Below, piece after piece: positions 26,892-36,769 of a stretch of DNA of 64,000 nt. Below the pieces are notes generated by a model. The model saw nothing but the letters and a program-made list of their open reading frames with translations. It ran no database searches and was not told the origin of the DNA. Numbering within the stretch: position 1 is the stretch's first letter; each line of letters begins with the position of its first letter. Source of the DNA: Enterocloster bolteae. Lineage in GTDB: Bacteria; Bacillota; Clostridia; Lachnospirales; Lachnospiraceae. Made by a program: the position numbers and the translations under genes. The DNA lies in assembly GCA_021772025.1 (NCBI GenBank), contig JAETNT010000005.1:41267-105266 (forward strand). Reading direction: 5' to 3'.

Positions 26892-29438
26892 ATGAGAATA
26901 AAAGAGAAAGGAGGCCTTTTAAAAGGCAAAAGCTCCGGGAATCATGGAAGGCTGCAGGCTCGCCGGGCTGCAGGCGCAGGAAAGGCCGCGCTTGTCTGCC
27001 TTCTGGCTTTTGCGGCTTTTTTTATGGCGCCGGAAGGATTGGGAAAGGCTCAGGCAGCTGTGCTTCAGGGGAATTTTGGATATGAATATGGGGAGCCTGC
27101 CGTGACAATGGAAGCCGGGTATGGTTTTGATAATATGGCCAAAGGAGGCCGGTATCTTCCGGTGTATGTGACTTTGGCGAACCAAAAGGAAGAAGTCTTT
27201 GCCGGAAGTCTTCGGGTGGTTTCTATGGAATCGGATTACAATGTGTATCAGTATGAATTCCCGATAACTCTGGAAGGCAGGGAGAGCCGCCAGAAAAATT
27301 TAGACATTCCGCTGGGGGTCAAAGCGAATCAGCTCTATGTCGGGCTTTATGACGAGGAAGATCAGCTTATTGTGCAGAAACGCCTGCAACTAAATACCAG
27401 AGAGGACATTCCGGAGCTGCTTATCGGAGTCGTCAGCGATACCCAGGACCAGCTGCAGTATTTTAATGATATCGGCATTAATTACAGCACTTTAAAGACC
27501 CGCCTTTGCCGCATGGTGGCCGGAAGTGTGCCGTCTCAGGCGGCAGGTCTGGATCAGCTGGATGTGCTCTTGATTACCAATTATGATGTGCGGAGAATGT
27601 CAGAAGATCAGATAGCAACCATTCGGGAATGGGTAAACCGGGGCGGCGTGCTGCTTCTGGGAACCGGGGCGAGAGGGACGGATATTTTAGACGAATTTTT
27701 GGGAGGCAATCCGGAATCGGTCCTGAATTATCTGGGACCTGTTCTGGTGGATATGGGAGACGGCTACTTGTTTTCAGAGACAGGAAGCTCAGAGATTCTG
27801 CTGGAATGTAACGATATTACCTTGTCAGAAGGTACGGTTTTACTAGAAAGCGATGGAATACCATTGTTGACAGCAATAGCCAGAGAAAATGGCATTATCG
27901 CGGCGGCGGCTTTTGACTTTGCCGATTTGGCCGGATTTTGCCAAGAAAATCCGGCCTATATAGATCGGCTTTTGACAGAGCTTTTGGGAGAGACCCGGAT
28001 TACCAGATTGTCCGATTATATCTATAGCGGAACTTCTAATACCTATTGGGCGGTTCAGAGCATTATTAATGTGGGAAGCGTGGAAAAGCTGCCGCAGATT
28101 GGTCTTTACGCAGTAGTGATTATTAGCTATATTCTGTTGGCAGGGCCGGGTCTTTACTTCTTTTTTAAGCAGAGAGAGATGGGGGAACATTATCGGACCA
28201 GCGTGGTGCTTCTTTCCCTGATTTGTACGGGAATTATTTATGTGATGAGTGAAAAAACCCGGTTTACCGATACCTTTTTTAACTATGCGTCTGTCCAGGA
28301 TGTCTCGGATACCGTAGTAACAGAGTCTACCTATATTAACATGCAGGCGCCCTACAACCGGCCTTATTCTGTCAGACTGGATCCCAGCTATACGGTGCGC
28401 CCGGTGACCAGAAATGCATATTACAATGCGGAGCAAACGCCAAAATTTACCGGGGAAGAAAAGCCGAATATTACCATCCGCTATGACGAGGATGCCACCA
28501 GACTGGAAGTTCAAAATATGGCGGCCTTTACTTCTAACTATTTTCAGCTGGAAAAACGTTTTGATAATCAATCCGGACAGGGGATCGATGCCGAAGTCCA
28601 CTATTTTGAAGGGGTTTTGAAGGGGCAAATTACCAATAGAATGGACTGCCCTGTAGAAGATGCAGCAGTGCTTTTGTATGGGACTTTGACAGTAGTAGGC
28701 GATTTGGAGCCGGGGGAAACAAAAAGCTTAGAAGGGCTTCCGACGCTGAACTATCCGGTGGATTCAGATTCTGCCAGAGCTACGGCAAAGCAGATTACCG
28801 GCGGATGGAAATATAAAGAAGTTGATATCTCGGATCCGGAATATATGAAAACGATGGCAAAAACTAGTCTGCTGGAGTTTTACCTTACCCAGTACCTTAC
28901 CGGATACCAGCCGGGAGCGCGTATTGTGGCATTTCGGGGAGGAGAGGATGAGGTGTCTTTTCTCCTGGAAGATTATGAGATTTCCGGCCTTACCATGTTC
29001 ACGGCTTCTGCAGAAACAAATATGAGAGAAGAAGGGCGGGTATACCGTCCGATTATGATGAAAGCTCCTAAGGTTATCAACGGCATCTATCAGGCAGCCA
29101 GCAATACCATATCCGGCATGACACCGGTAACTCTGGAATACAGCCTGGGCAGTGATCTGTATATTGAAAAGCTGACTTTCGGATTCCTTTCTAATGCATT
29201 TATGGAGGACAGTTCTTTTGGCAGTTTAAGGCCTTTTGAAGGAAGCATGTATTTTTACAATTACGAAAAGGGAGACTTTGAGCTGATAGACGGCAGCCGG
29301 ACAGAATTTGTAGACTGGCAGCTGGACTCCTACCTGGCTCCGGGAAATACTATTACAATCCGGTATGTATGCGACAATACGGAGGAATATGGGGATGTAG
29401 TGCTTCCGATTTTATATGTAACAGGGAGGGAATCATGA
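26892..29438 (+). CDS. Hypothetical large bitopic membrane protein; N-terminal signal/anchor, two central TM helices, two ~400-aa extracytoplasmic domains
   Basis: Starts just after the kinase stop. TM segments IGLYAVVIISYILLAGPGLYFFF and SVVLLSLICTGIIYVM. Its stop overlaps the start of the downstream ABC ATPase (ATGA). Confidence 0.5.
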   Translation: MRIKEKGGLLKGKSSGNHGRLQARRAAGAGKAALVCLLAFAAFFMAPEGLGKAQAAVLQGNFGYEYGEPAVTMEAGYGFDNMAKGGRYLPVYVTLANQKEEVFAGSLRVVSMESDYNVYQYEFPITLEGRESRQKNLDIPLGVKANQLYVGLYDEEDQLIVQKRLQLNTREDIPELLIGVVSDTQDQLQYFNDIGINYSTLKTRLCRMVAGSVPSQAAGLDQLDVLLITNYDVRRMSEDQIATIREWVNRGGVLLLGTGARGTDILDEFLGGNPESVLNYLGPVLVDMGDGYLFSETGSSEILLECNDITLSEGTVLLESDGIPLLTAIARENGIIAAAAFDFADLAGFCQENPAYIDRLLTELLGETRITRLSDYIYSGTSNTYWAVQSIINVGSVEKLPQIGLYAVVIISYILLAGPGLYFFFKQREMGEHYRTSVVLLSLICTGIIYVMSEKTRFTDTFFNYASVQDVSDTVVTESTYINMQAPYNRPYSVRLDPSYTVRPVTRNAYYNAEQTPKFTGEEKPNITIRYDEDATRLEVQNMAAFTSNYFQLEKRFDNQSGQGIDAEVHYFEGVLKGQITNRMDCPVEDAAVLLYGTLTVVGDLEPGETKSLEGLPTLNYPVDSDSARATAKQITGGWKYKEVDISDPEYMKTMAKTSLLEFYLTQYLTGYQPGARIVAFRGGEDEVSFLLEDYEISGLTMFTASAETNMREEGRVYRPIMMKAPKVINGIYQAASNTISGMTPVTLEYSLGSDLYIEKLTFGFLSNAFMEDSSFGSLRPFEGSMYFYNYEKGDFELIDGSRTEFVDWQLDSYLAPGNTITIRYVCDNTEEYGDVVLPILYVTGRES

Positions 29439-30385
29439 TGCTGAAAATAAAGGGATTAAAAAAATCCTTTGGCAAATATCATGCCCTTTCTGGCCTGGAT
29501 ATGGAGATACCGGATGGGGCGCTGTTTGGATTTGTAGGACCTAATGGGGCAGGAAAAACCACAACAATTAAGATTATTTGCGGCCTCTTAACGCCGGATT
29601 CGGGAACAGTGGAGGTAGGAGGCTGGGATATCCGGCAGGATCCCCGAAAAGTGAAAGGAATGATCGGGTATGTGCCAGACTATTTCGGGGTTTATGACAA
29701 TTTGAAGGTGTCTGAATATATGGAGTTTTTTGCTGCCTGCTATGGGATGGATGGATTAAAGGCAAGGACCAGAATTATGACTCTGCTGGAGCAGACAGGC
29801 CTAGAAGAACGAATCGACTTTTACGTAGACGGCCTTTCCAGAGGAATGAAGCAGAGGCTGTGTCTGGCCAGGTCATTGATCCATGATCCTGACATTTTGA
29901 TTTTGGACGAACCTACCTCAGGGATGGATCCCAGAAGCCGGTTTGATTTTAAAGAGATTATCCGAGAACTTCATGAGCAGGGAAAAACCGTTGTGATCAG
30001 TTCTCACCTGTTGTCGGATCTGTCAGAAATATGTACGGATTTGGGGGTTATTGATCAGGGGCGAATGGTTCTTGGAGGGAGCATGCAGGAAATCCTGGAG
30101 CGGGTGGATGTCTCGAGGCCTTTGGCGATTACGGTAAACGGCCGTCCGGAAAAGGCTATGGTGATTTTACGCAGTCACCCAAAGGTTCAGACGATTTCTG
30201 TCAAGGATTCGGATATTATGGTGGGTTTTGCCGGGAACAGGGAGGATGAGGCTCAGCTGCTGCAGCAGCTGGTGGACGCAGAGGTTCCGGTGTGCGGTTT
30301 TTTCAGGCTGCGGGGAAATCTGGAAACCTTATTTATGCAGATTACTGATAAAGATGAGAAGGTGGTGCTGGTACATGAGGGCTAA
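29435..30385 (+). CDS. ABC transporter ATP-binding protein (ABC-2 / DrrA-like)
   Basis: Walker A GPNGAGKTT, signature LSRGMKQRL, Walker B ILILDEPTSGMD. RBS GGGAGGG. Confidence 0.9.
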   Translation: MMLKIKGLKKSFGKYHALSGLDMEIPDGALFGFVGPNGAGKTTTIKIICGLLTPDSGTVEVGGWDIRQDPRKVKGMIGYVPDYFGVYDNLKVSEYMEFFAACYGMDGLKARTRIMTLLEQTGLEERIDFYVDGLSRGMKQRLCLARSLIHDPDILILDEPTSGMDPRSRFDFKEIIRELHEQGKTVVISSHLLSDLSEICTDLGVIDQGRMVLGGSMQEILERVDVSRPLAITVNGRPEKAMVILRSHPKVQTISVKDSDIMVGFAGNREDEAQLLQQLVDAEVPVCGFFRLRGNLETLFMQITDKDEKVVLVHEG

Positions 30386-31280
30386 TCCGATTTATAAAAA
30401 AGAAGTAAAGACAAGCTCGCGAAGCATGCGCCTGCCAGTCATTCTTATGGCATTTAATGGTATCCTGGCAGTGGCGGCGCTTTTAAATATGTATTCCGTA
30501 CTGTACCGGGTATGGGCCACGGCGGAGATTCAATATTCCGGTTTTCTGGAGATGTATGTGCTGGTAACGGCGGTAGAGTTCGTATTGCTCCTATTTATCA
30601 TGCCTGCCATTGCGGCAGGAAGTATCAGTGGGGAGAGAGAGCGTCAGACACTGGAGCTTTTATTGGCCACTCAAACCACCTCCAGACAAATTATTCAGGG
30701 AAAGCTTATGGCATCTCTAAGTAATATGCTGTTAATCCTTGTTGCCAGTTTTCCGGTGGTGGCGCTGGTGTTTGTTTATGGAGGAATCACCTGGAAAGAT
30801 TTAGTTGTGCTGTTGTGCTGCTTTGCAGTAGCGGCACTGCTGGTGGCAGGGATCGGGATATTTTGCTCGACTCTGTTTAAGAGAACGATTTTGGCGGTCT
30901 CAGCTTCCTATGGAGGGCTTATCTTGCTAATCGGCGGGACTTATGCAATTAACCAATTTGCTCTAAGTATTTCTACTATGCGCTGGAACAGCTATATGAA
31001 TCAGATTGGAAGCGTAGCCAGCCAGGCGAGCTCCGGAGGATTTTTGTATTTTATGCTCCTTAATCCCGCCATGACCTTTTATTCCATTATCAGCAGGCAG
31101 ACAGGGACAGATATGACCTTGAGAGCGGTATCTCAGTGGTTTGGTTACCACGAAACAAGTTTTTTAACGGAATACTGGGCGCCGGTCAGCATGACAGTGC
31201 AGCTTTTGACAGCAGTGGTTTTGATGTGGGCTGCAGTGGGATTGGTTGATCCAGCGGCGAAGAGAAAGCCGCAGCAATAA
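30375..31280 (+). CDS. ABC-2 family transporter permease
   Basis: Six predicted TM helices. Start overlaps the ATPase gene by 11 nt. Confidence 0.7.
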   Translation: MRANPIYKKEVKTSSRSMRLPVILMAFNGILAVAALLNMYSVLYRVWATAEIQYSGFLEMYVLVTAVEFVLLLFIMPAIAAGSISGERERQTLELLLATQTTSRQIIQGKLMASLSNMLLILVASFPVVALVFVYGGITWKDLVVLLCCFAVAALLVAGIGIFCSTLFKRTILAVSASYGGLILLIGGTYAINQFALSISTMRWNSYMNQIGSVASQASSGGFLYFMLLNPAMTFYSIISRQTGTDMTLRAVSQWFGYHETSFLTEYWAPVSMTVQLLTAVVLMWAAVGLVDPAAKRKPQQ

Positions 31281-31348
31281 AAACAGGAGAATACCCTGCG
31301 GGCATCCCTGTATGCCAAAAAGCAGGGAAAAAACTAGGAGGAAGAAAG

Positions 31349-32653
31349 ATGGGAATTATAAAAGCAGTGGCAACGGCAGTAAAAGGCGGTCTTAGCGATC
31401 AGTGGCTGGAGATTATGGAGGCCGGAGATATGGGCGGACAGACCGTATTTACAGCAGGCGTAAAGATTCGAAAAGGATCTAATGAAAAAGGAACAGACAA
31501 TACGGTGTCCAATGGCTCCGTGATCCATGTTTATCCCAATCAGTTTATGATGCTGGTGGACGGCGGACGGGTAGTGGACTATACGGCGGAGGAAGGGTAC
31601 TATACGGTGAATAGTTCTTCCATGCCGTCTTTATTTAACGGCCAGTTTGGGGAGGCATTAAAGGAATCCTTTGCAAGAATTAAGTTTGGAGGGGGGACTT
31701 CCCTGGCTCAAAAAGTATTTTTTGTCAATCTTCAGGAGATTAAAGGAATTAAGTTTGGAACCAGAACGCCTATCAACTATTTTGATAATTTTTACAATGC
31801 GGAATTGTTTCTCCGAACCCATGGAACCTATTCTGTCAAAGTGACAGATCCGCTGAAATTTTACCGGGAGGTTATCCCGAAAAATGCCAGCAAGGTGGAA
31901 ATTGATCAGATTAACGGCCAATTCCTGGATGAATTTTTAGAGGCGCTGCAAAGTTCTATTAATCAGATGTCGGCAGACGGTATCCGGATTTCCTATGTTT
32001 CTTCAAAAGGCCGGGAGCTGGGGAAGTATATGGCGGAAACTCTGGATGAAGAGTGGAAACAGATGCGAGGGATGGAGATCCAGTCCGTGGGGATCGGAAG
32101 CATTTCCTATGACGAAGAATCCCAGAATTTGATTAATATGCGTAACAAAGGGGCTATGATGGGAGATCCTCTTGTAAGAGAAGGGTATGTTCAGAGCACC
32201 GTAGCGGAAGGCGTAAAGGGGGCCGGTTTAAATTCTTCCGGAGCAGTATCCGGATTCATGGGAATGGGCCTGGGAATGCAGGCAGGAGGCGGTTTTATGA
32301 ATACGGCTTCCAACACCAACCTTCAGCAAATGCAGATGAATCAAGCGGCCCGGATGGCTCAGGAGAGCCAGGCTTCTGGAGGAAATCAGATGAATCGGCC
32401 TGTGGGAACGGGACAGATAAATCAGCAGCCCGGCACGGAACAAACCGCTTGGCAGGAAGCAGGGAGACCGGCAGGAGGAAAGACACCAGGAGGAACTTCG
32501 TGGTTTTGCCCTAACTGCGGGACGCAGGGAACAGGTAATTTCTGCAGCGAATGCGGTGAACCAAAACCGGCTCCGGCCCAGTGGACCTGCTCCAAATGCG
32601 GAAACGTAAATACAGGAAAGTTCTGCTCCAACTGCGGAACACCCAGAGGATAA
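31349..32653 (+). CDS. SPFH-like (YdjI-type, virion-core-protein-like) protein with Met/Gln-rich linker and C-terminal double zinc ribbon
   Basis: Same architecture as B. subtilis YdjI: SPFH-like core, low-complexity MGMGLGMQAGG...QQMQMNQ, then CPNCG...CSECG and CSKCG...CSNCG. Confidence 0.6.
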   Translation: MGIIKAVATAVKGGLSDQWLEIMEAGDMGGQTVFTAGVKIRKGSNEKGTDNTVSNGSVIHVYPNQFMMLVDGGRVVDYTAEEGYYTVNSSSMPSLFNGQFGEALKESFARIKFGGGTSLAQKVFFVNLQEIKGIKFGTRTPINYFDNFYNAELFLRTHGTYSVKVTDPLKFYREVIPKNASKVEIDQINGQFLDEFLEALQSSINQMSADGIRISYVSSKGRELGKYMAETLDEEWKQMRGMEIQSVGIGSISYDEESQNLINMRNKGAMMGDPLVREGYVQSTVAEGVKGAGLNSSGAVSGFMGMGLGMQAGGGFMNTASNTNLQQMQMNQAARMAQESQASGGNQMNRPVGTGQINQQPGTEQTAWQEAGRPAGGKTPGGTSWFCPNCGTQGTGNFCSECGEPKPAPAQWTCSKCGNVNTGKFCSNCGTPRG

Positions 32654-32671
32654 ACCAGGAGTAAAAAGAAT

Positions 32672-33700
32672 ATGCCAGCAATTACCTATCAATGCCCTAA
32701 CTGCGGAGGAGGACTGCTGTTTGATCCGGAGTCCCAGAAATATAAATGTGAATACTGCCTGAGTTTGTTTTCTGAGGCGGATTTAAAAGATTTGTTTGAG
32801 AAAGAAGAGAGCCGGAAAGAACCTCAGGCCATGGTGATTTATAATTGCCCAAGCTGCGGGGCAGAGATTGTTACGGATGATACGACAGCGGCCTCCTTCT
32901 GCTATTACTGCCACAATCCGGTGGTTCTTTCCGGGCGACTGGAAGGACAGTTTGCTCCGGATCAGATTATTCCGTTTGCCATTAACAGAGAAAAGGCAGT
33001 AGAAATCTTTAATCAGTGGATCGGCAGAAAGCGCTTTGTATCCAAATCCTTTTATTCTCCGGATCAGATCGAAAAAATTACCGGAGTATACTTCCCTTAT
33101 TGGCTCTATAGCTGCCAGGTTCACGGGGAGCTGAATGGAGTGGGAGATCAGATAGAGGTACATACTCTGGGAGGAGTCCGCAGTACGGAAACCAGGCGTT
33201 ACCGTATCCGCAGAGAGGGAGAAATGGATATAAACAATGTGCCCCGTAATGCATTAAAGAAAGCAAACCATGAAATTATTGAAGGGGTGCTGCCGTTTCA
33301 TACAGGAAGGCTGAAGCCCTTTTCTATGGGATATCTAACCGGCTTTTTCGCTGAAAAGAGGGACATAGAGTGGGAAGAATTCCAGAAGGAAATGACGGAG
33401 GAGATGAGACAATATGCCACGGAATCCCTGCGGGCCAGCGTAGAAAACTATAGCCAAATTCAGGTAGAGGGAACAGATATCCGGATAACAGAAGAAAAAT
33501 GGCATTACGCTCTGCTACCCGTCTGGACGCTGACATACCGGGATGAAAAGGACGGAAAAGTGTACTACTTTGCCTTAAACGGAGACAGCGGAAAGGTCTG
33601 CGGCCGTCTGCCGGTAGATAAAAAGCGGCTGCTGGGATTGTTCGCTGCCGTCTTCTTTCCCGTGTTTATTGCTCTGCTGATAGGAGGGTATCTGATATGA
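32672..33700 (+). CDS. Zinc-ribbon membrane protein (YdjG-like): two N-terminal Cys4 ribbons, C-terminal TM helix
   Basis: CPNCGG...CEYC and CPSCG...CYYC. C-terminal TM LLGLFAAVFFPVFIALLIGGYLI. Confidence 0.6.
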   Translation: MPAITYQCPNCGGGLLFDPESQKYKCEYCLSLFSEADLKDLFEKEESRKEPQAMVIYNCPSCGAEIVTDDTTAASFCYYCHNPVVLSGRLEGQFAPDQIIPFAINREKAVEIFNQWIGRKRFVSKSFYSPDQIEKITGVYFPYWLYSCQVHGELNGVGDQIEVHTLGGVRSTETRRYRIRREGEMDINNVPRNALKKANHEIIEGVLPFHTGRLKPFSMGYLTGFFAEKRDIEWEEFQKEMTEEMRQYATESLRASVENYSQIQVEGTDIRITEEKWHYALLPVWTLTYRDEKDGKVYYFALNGDSGKVCGRLPVDKKRLLGLFAAVFFPVFIALLIGGYLI

Positions 33701-34590
33701 AAAACAGAGAGAGTGAAAAAACAGCTGCAGCTATCGTCTGGGGGATGATTCTGACGCTGGCTTTCGGGATAACGGCATGGGCTGCTTCTGCCCCGGAAGA
33801 AGGGGAAATTTCTTTACGACAGAGGGTTTACGATATGGCCGGGATTTTTTCTCAGGCGGAAGAGAAGAGCCTGGAGGATATGGCGGCCCGGATATCCGAA
33901 GAAAACGGGGCAGAACTGATCATTGCCTCTACAGATGAAACAGGAGGAAAGACCACAGCGGAATTTGCGGATGATTTTTATGAGCAGGGCGGATTTGGAG
34001 CCGGAAAAGACCACAGCGGAGCCTTGTTTTTAATTGACATGGAAAACCGGTATTATTGGATTTCTACAGAAGGAAAAATGACCCGGTATCTGACAGACAG
34101 CCGGATAGAGTCTGTTTTAGACGGAGATGTAGCGGAATTTATGGCTGACGGCAGATATGGGGATGCGGCGGAAGCATTTTTAAAGGATACCGAAAGCTGG
34201 ATTCGGAAAGGGATCCCAAAAGGTCAATATCTTTATGACGAAGAAACAGGGAAAATAAGCGTATACCGGAGTATTACCTGGTATGAGGCGTTGTTTGCCT
34301 TTGCTGCTGCCTGCGGAGCCGGAATTTTGGCCTGCCGCGGCGTAATAAAGGAATATGCCCTGAAGGCAGATCCCAGAGCCAGGCGGAATCAGGATTTGGC
34401 TTACCGCGCAGAAGCTGCGTATGCACTCCTTCCCTTTACGGATCAATTGATTGATCAGAAGGTGATTCGCCAGGCCATTCCCCGTTCCCATCCATCTGGA
34501 GGCGGGACAGGAGGAAGTCGCCCGGGTCGGACTACTGTGCATCATTCCAGTAGCGGGAGAAGCCATGGAGGAGGGGGAAGAAAGTTTTAA
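33697..34590 (+). CDS. TPM-domain (TLP18.3/Psb32/MOLO-1) protein with signal peptide, TM helix and Gly-rich tail (YdjH/YgcG-like)
   Basis: Signal peptide; TPM-like region AELIIASTDETGGKTTAEFADDFYEQGGFGAGKDHSGALFLID; C-terminal GGGTGGSRPG...GGGGRKF. Overlaps the upstream gene by 4 nt. Confidence 0.65.
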   Translation: MKNRESEKTAAAIVWGMILTLAFGITAWAASAPEEGEISLRQRVYDMAGIFSQAEEKSLEDMAARISEENGAELIIASTDETGGKTTAEFADDFYEQGGFGAGKDHSGALFLIDMENRYYWISTEGKMTRYLTDSRIESVLDGDVAEFMADGRYGDAAEAFLKDTESWIRKGIPKGQYLYDEETGKISVYRSITWYEALFAFAAACGAGILACRGVIKEYALKADPRARRNQDLAYRAEAAYALLPFTDQLIDQKVIRQAIPRSHPSGGGTGGSRPGRTTVHHSSSGRSHGGGGRKF

Positions 34591-34602
34591 CAGAATAGGG
34601 AT

Positions 34603-34653
34603 AAAGAATGCAGGAGCTGTCGATTATGTTTTTCGGCAGCTCCTGCATTCTTT
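34603..34653. terminator. Bidirectional terminator between the TPM gene and convergent feoB
   Basis: AAAGAATGCAGGAGCTG...CAGCTCCTGCATTCTTT, a 17-bp perfect stem. Confidence 0.85.
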
Positions 34654-34674
34654 ATGAAGTTTCGGCAGCAATTT

Positions 34675-36555
34675 TTAAAATGCATGAAATACTGCCGTGA
34701 TTCCGATACACAGAGTGATTCCTAAAAGAGTAGGTAAAAGTATTGCTGCTGCAGTCCATTTATAAGATCCGGTTTCTTTCCGGATAGTTAGTACCGTAGT
34801 GGAGCATGGCCAGTGGAACAGGGAAAAAACCAGCATGGAAACTGCTGTCTGCCAGGTCCAGCCCTGAGCAAGAAGAAGATTCTTGAGAGCCATATTGTCA
34901 TTCATTTCCACCAAAACCCCGGATTGAAGATAGGCCATAAGGATAATAGGAAGTACAATCTCATTTGCCGGAAAGCCCAGCAGGAATCCAACCAAAATTA
35001 CCCCGTCCAATCCCATAAGCCGCCCCAAAGGATCGAAAATTCCTGTAAGAACAGTAAGAAGAGCGGGAGCAGATTCTGCAGTTTCCTGTCCGGTCAGGGC
35101 AAAATACCCGCACTGGGGACCGACATAAGAGATATTTGCCAATACCCAGATAAAAAGCCCGGCCGGGGCCGCAATTGCAACTGCTCTTCCAAGCACAAAC
35201 AGAGTTCTGTCGAAAATAGACCGGATAATCACTTTTCCGATCTGAGGCCGCCGGTAGGGCGGAAGCTCCAAAGTAAAGGAAGAGGGAATTCCTTTTAGCA
35301 GTGTGTGAGATAAAATCCATGAGGCCCCCAATGTGGCAAAGATTCCCAGAAGGATCACTGCGGTTAAGCATAAAGCTGCTGAGAGAGAACCCCAAAAAGA
35401 GCCCTGAAACCCTGCAACAAAAAACAGAGTAATCATCGTAAACAGTGTAGGAAAACGTCCGTTGCAGGGAATCATAGAGTTGGTCAAAATGGCAATAAGC
35501 CGCTCTCTGGGAGAATCAATAATTCGGCATCCCACTACTGCCGCCGCATTGCATCCCAATCCCATAGCCATAGTCAGGCACTGCTTTCCACAGGACTTGC
35601 ACCGTTCAAAAGCTCTGTCCATATTAAAAGCAACCCTGGGAAGGTATCCCAGATCTTCCAGAAGGGTAAACAGAGGAAAGAAAATAGCCATAGGAGGCAG
35701 CATTACCGAGATCACCCAGGCCAGAACACGGTAAATCCCGTAAACCAGACATCCGGTAAGCCACTCCGGCGCATGGAAGGCAGCCATCAGAGCTGCCAGC
35801 TTCCCTTCCATTTGGAATAAGGAATCCCATAATAACCGGGAAGGATAATTAGCTCCGCTCATAGTAAGCCAGAAAATCAATAAGAGCAGACCGATCATAA
35901 TCAGCTTTCCGCTTATTTTTCCGGTGACAATCCGATCTATCAGCTCTTCCCGTCTGCGGATGCTTGAACTGTCACAGGATACGGTTTCTGCTGCCAGAAT
36001 TTTGGGAGAAAAATCCAGGCAATCATAAGAGAACCTTTGACTGCAGGCTTCTAAAACGGCCTGCCGGATATACAGGAGGGATTGGCTGTCTCTGGCACAG
36101 CAGGGAACCACCGGGATTTGAAGCACATCCTGAAGCAGAAGAAAGTCAATAGAAATCCCCTTTTTTGCCGCTTCATCACACAGATTCACACACAATACAA
36201 TAGGAGTGCCCTGCTCCTTTACATAATCTAAGCGAGTAATTTGAGATAAAAGATGCAGGCCCCGTTCCAGACAGGTAGCATCGCAGACTACTACGATGAT
36301 ATCTGCCTGGCCGGAGCAGATATACTCTTTGGCAATCTCCTCTTCCTCCGAATGGGCGTTAAGAGAATATGTTCCGGGAAGATCCACCAGAAGAAATTCC
36401 TTCCCGCCATATTGATAAGTACCCTGAGCGGAAGCGACGGTTTTTCCGATCCAATTTCCGGTGTGCTGTCTCAGACCGGTAAGACCATTGAAAATGCTGC
36501 TTTTTCCCACATTAGGATTCCCGGCCAAAGCTGCGATAATGCGTCCGTCCTCCAT
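34675..36555 (-). CDS. feoB: Ferrous iron transport protein B
   Basis: N-terminal G domain GNPNVGKSSIFN, DLPGTYSL, then a polytopic permease domain. No feoA upstream. Confidence 0.9.
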   Translation of the reverse strand: MEDGRIIAALAGNPNVGKSSIFNGLTGLRQHTGNWIGKTVASAQGTYQYGGKEFLLVDLPGTYSLNAHSEEEEIAKEYICSGQADIIVVVCDATCLERGLHLLSQITRLDYVKEQGTPIVLCVNLCDEAAKKGISIDFLLLQDVLQIPVVPCCARDSQSLLYIRQAVLEACSQRFSYDCLDFSPKILAAETVSCDSSSIRRREELIDRIVTGKISGKLIMIGLLLLIFWLTMSGANYPSRLLWDSLFQMEGKLAALMAAFHAPEWLTGCLVYGIYRVLAWVISVMLPPMAIFFPLFTLLEDLGYLPRVAFNMDRAFERCKSCGKQCLTMAMGLGCNAAAVVGCRIIDSPRERLIAILTNSMIPCNGRFPTLFTMITLFFVAGFQGSFWGSLSAALCLTAVILLGIFATLGASWILSHTLLKGIPSSFTLELPPYRRPQIGKVIIRSIFDRTLFVLGRAVAIAAPAGLFIWVLANISYVGPQCGYFALTGQETAESAPALLTVLTGIFDPLGRLMGLDGVILVGFLLGFPANEIVLPIILMAYLQSGVLVEMNDNMALKNLLLAQGWTWQTAVSMLVFSLFHWPCSTTVLTIRKETGSYKWTAAAILLPTLLGITLCIGITAVFHAF

Positions 36556-36683
36556 AAAATACCTCCATAATTACCACTAATATCCCGCTATAGGGACACA
36601 GTGGAAGCCTTATTGTTTAAATATGAAGGGGGACAGGAGAGAGTGCTATTCCGAGAATGCTTTCATGCAGTAATCTGTCGCCT

Positions 36684-36712
36684 TTGACAAAACTCCCGCT
36701 CAAGTATATGAT
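36684..36712 (+). promoter_or_regulatory. Sigma-A promoter (TTGACA-17-TATGAT) upstream of the TetM-like GTPase gene
   Basis: TTGACA at 36684-89, 17-nt spacer, TATGAT at 36707-12, about 58 nt upstream of the start. Confidence 0.6.
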
Positions 36713-36769
36713 ATTGTTAGTCATAGGAACCTGCCCAAGATGTTATGAATCAGAGAGGAAATGAAATCT

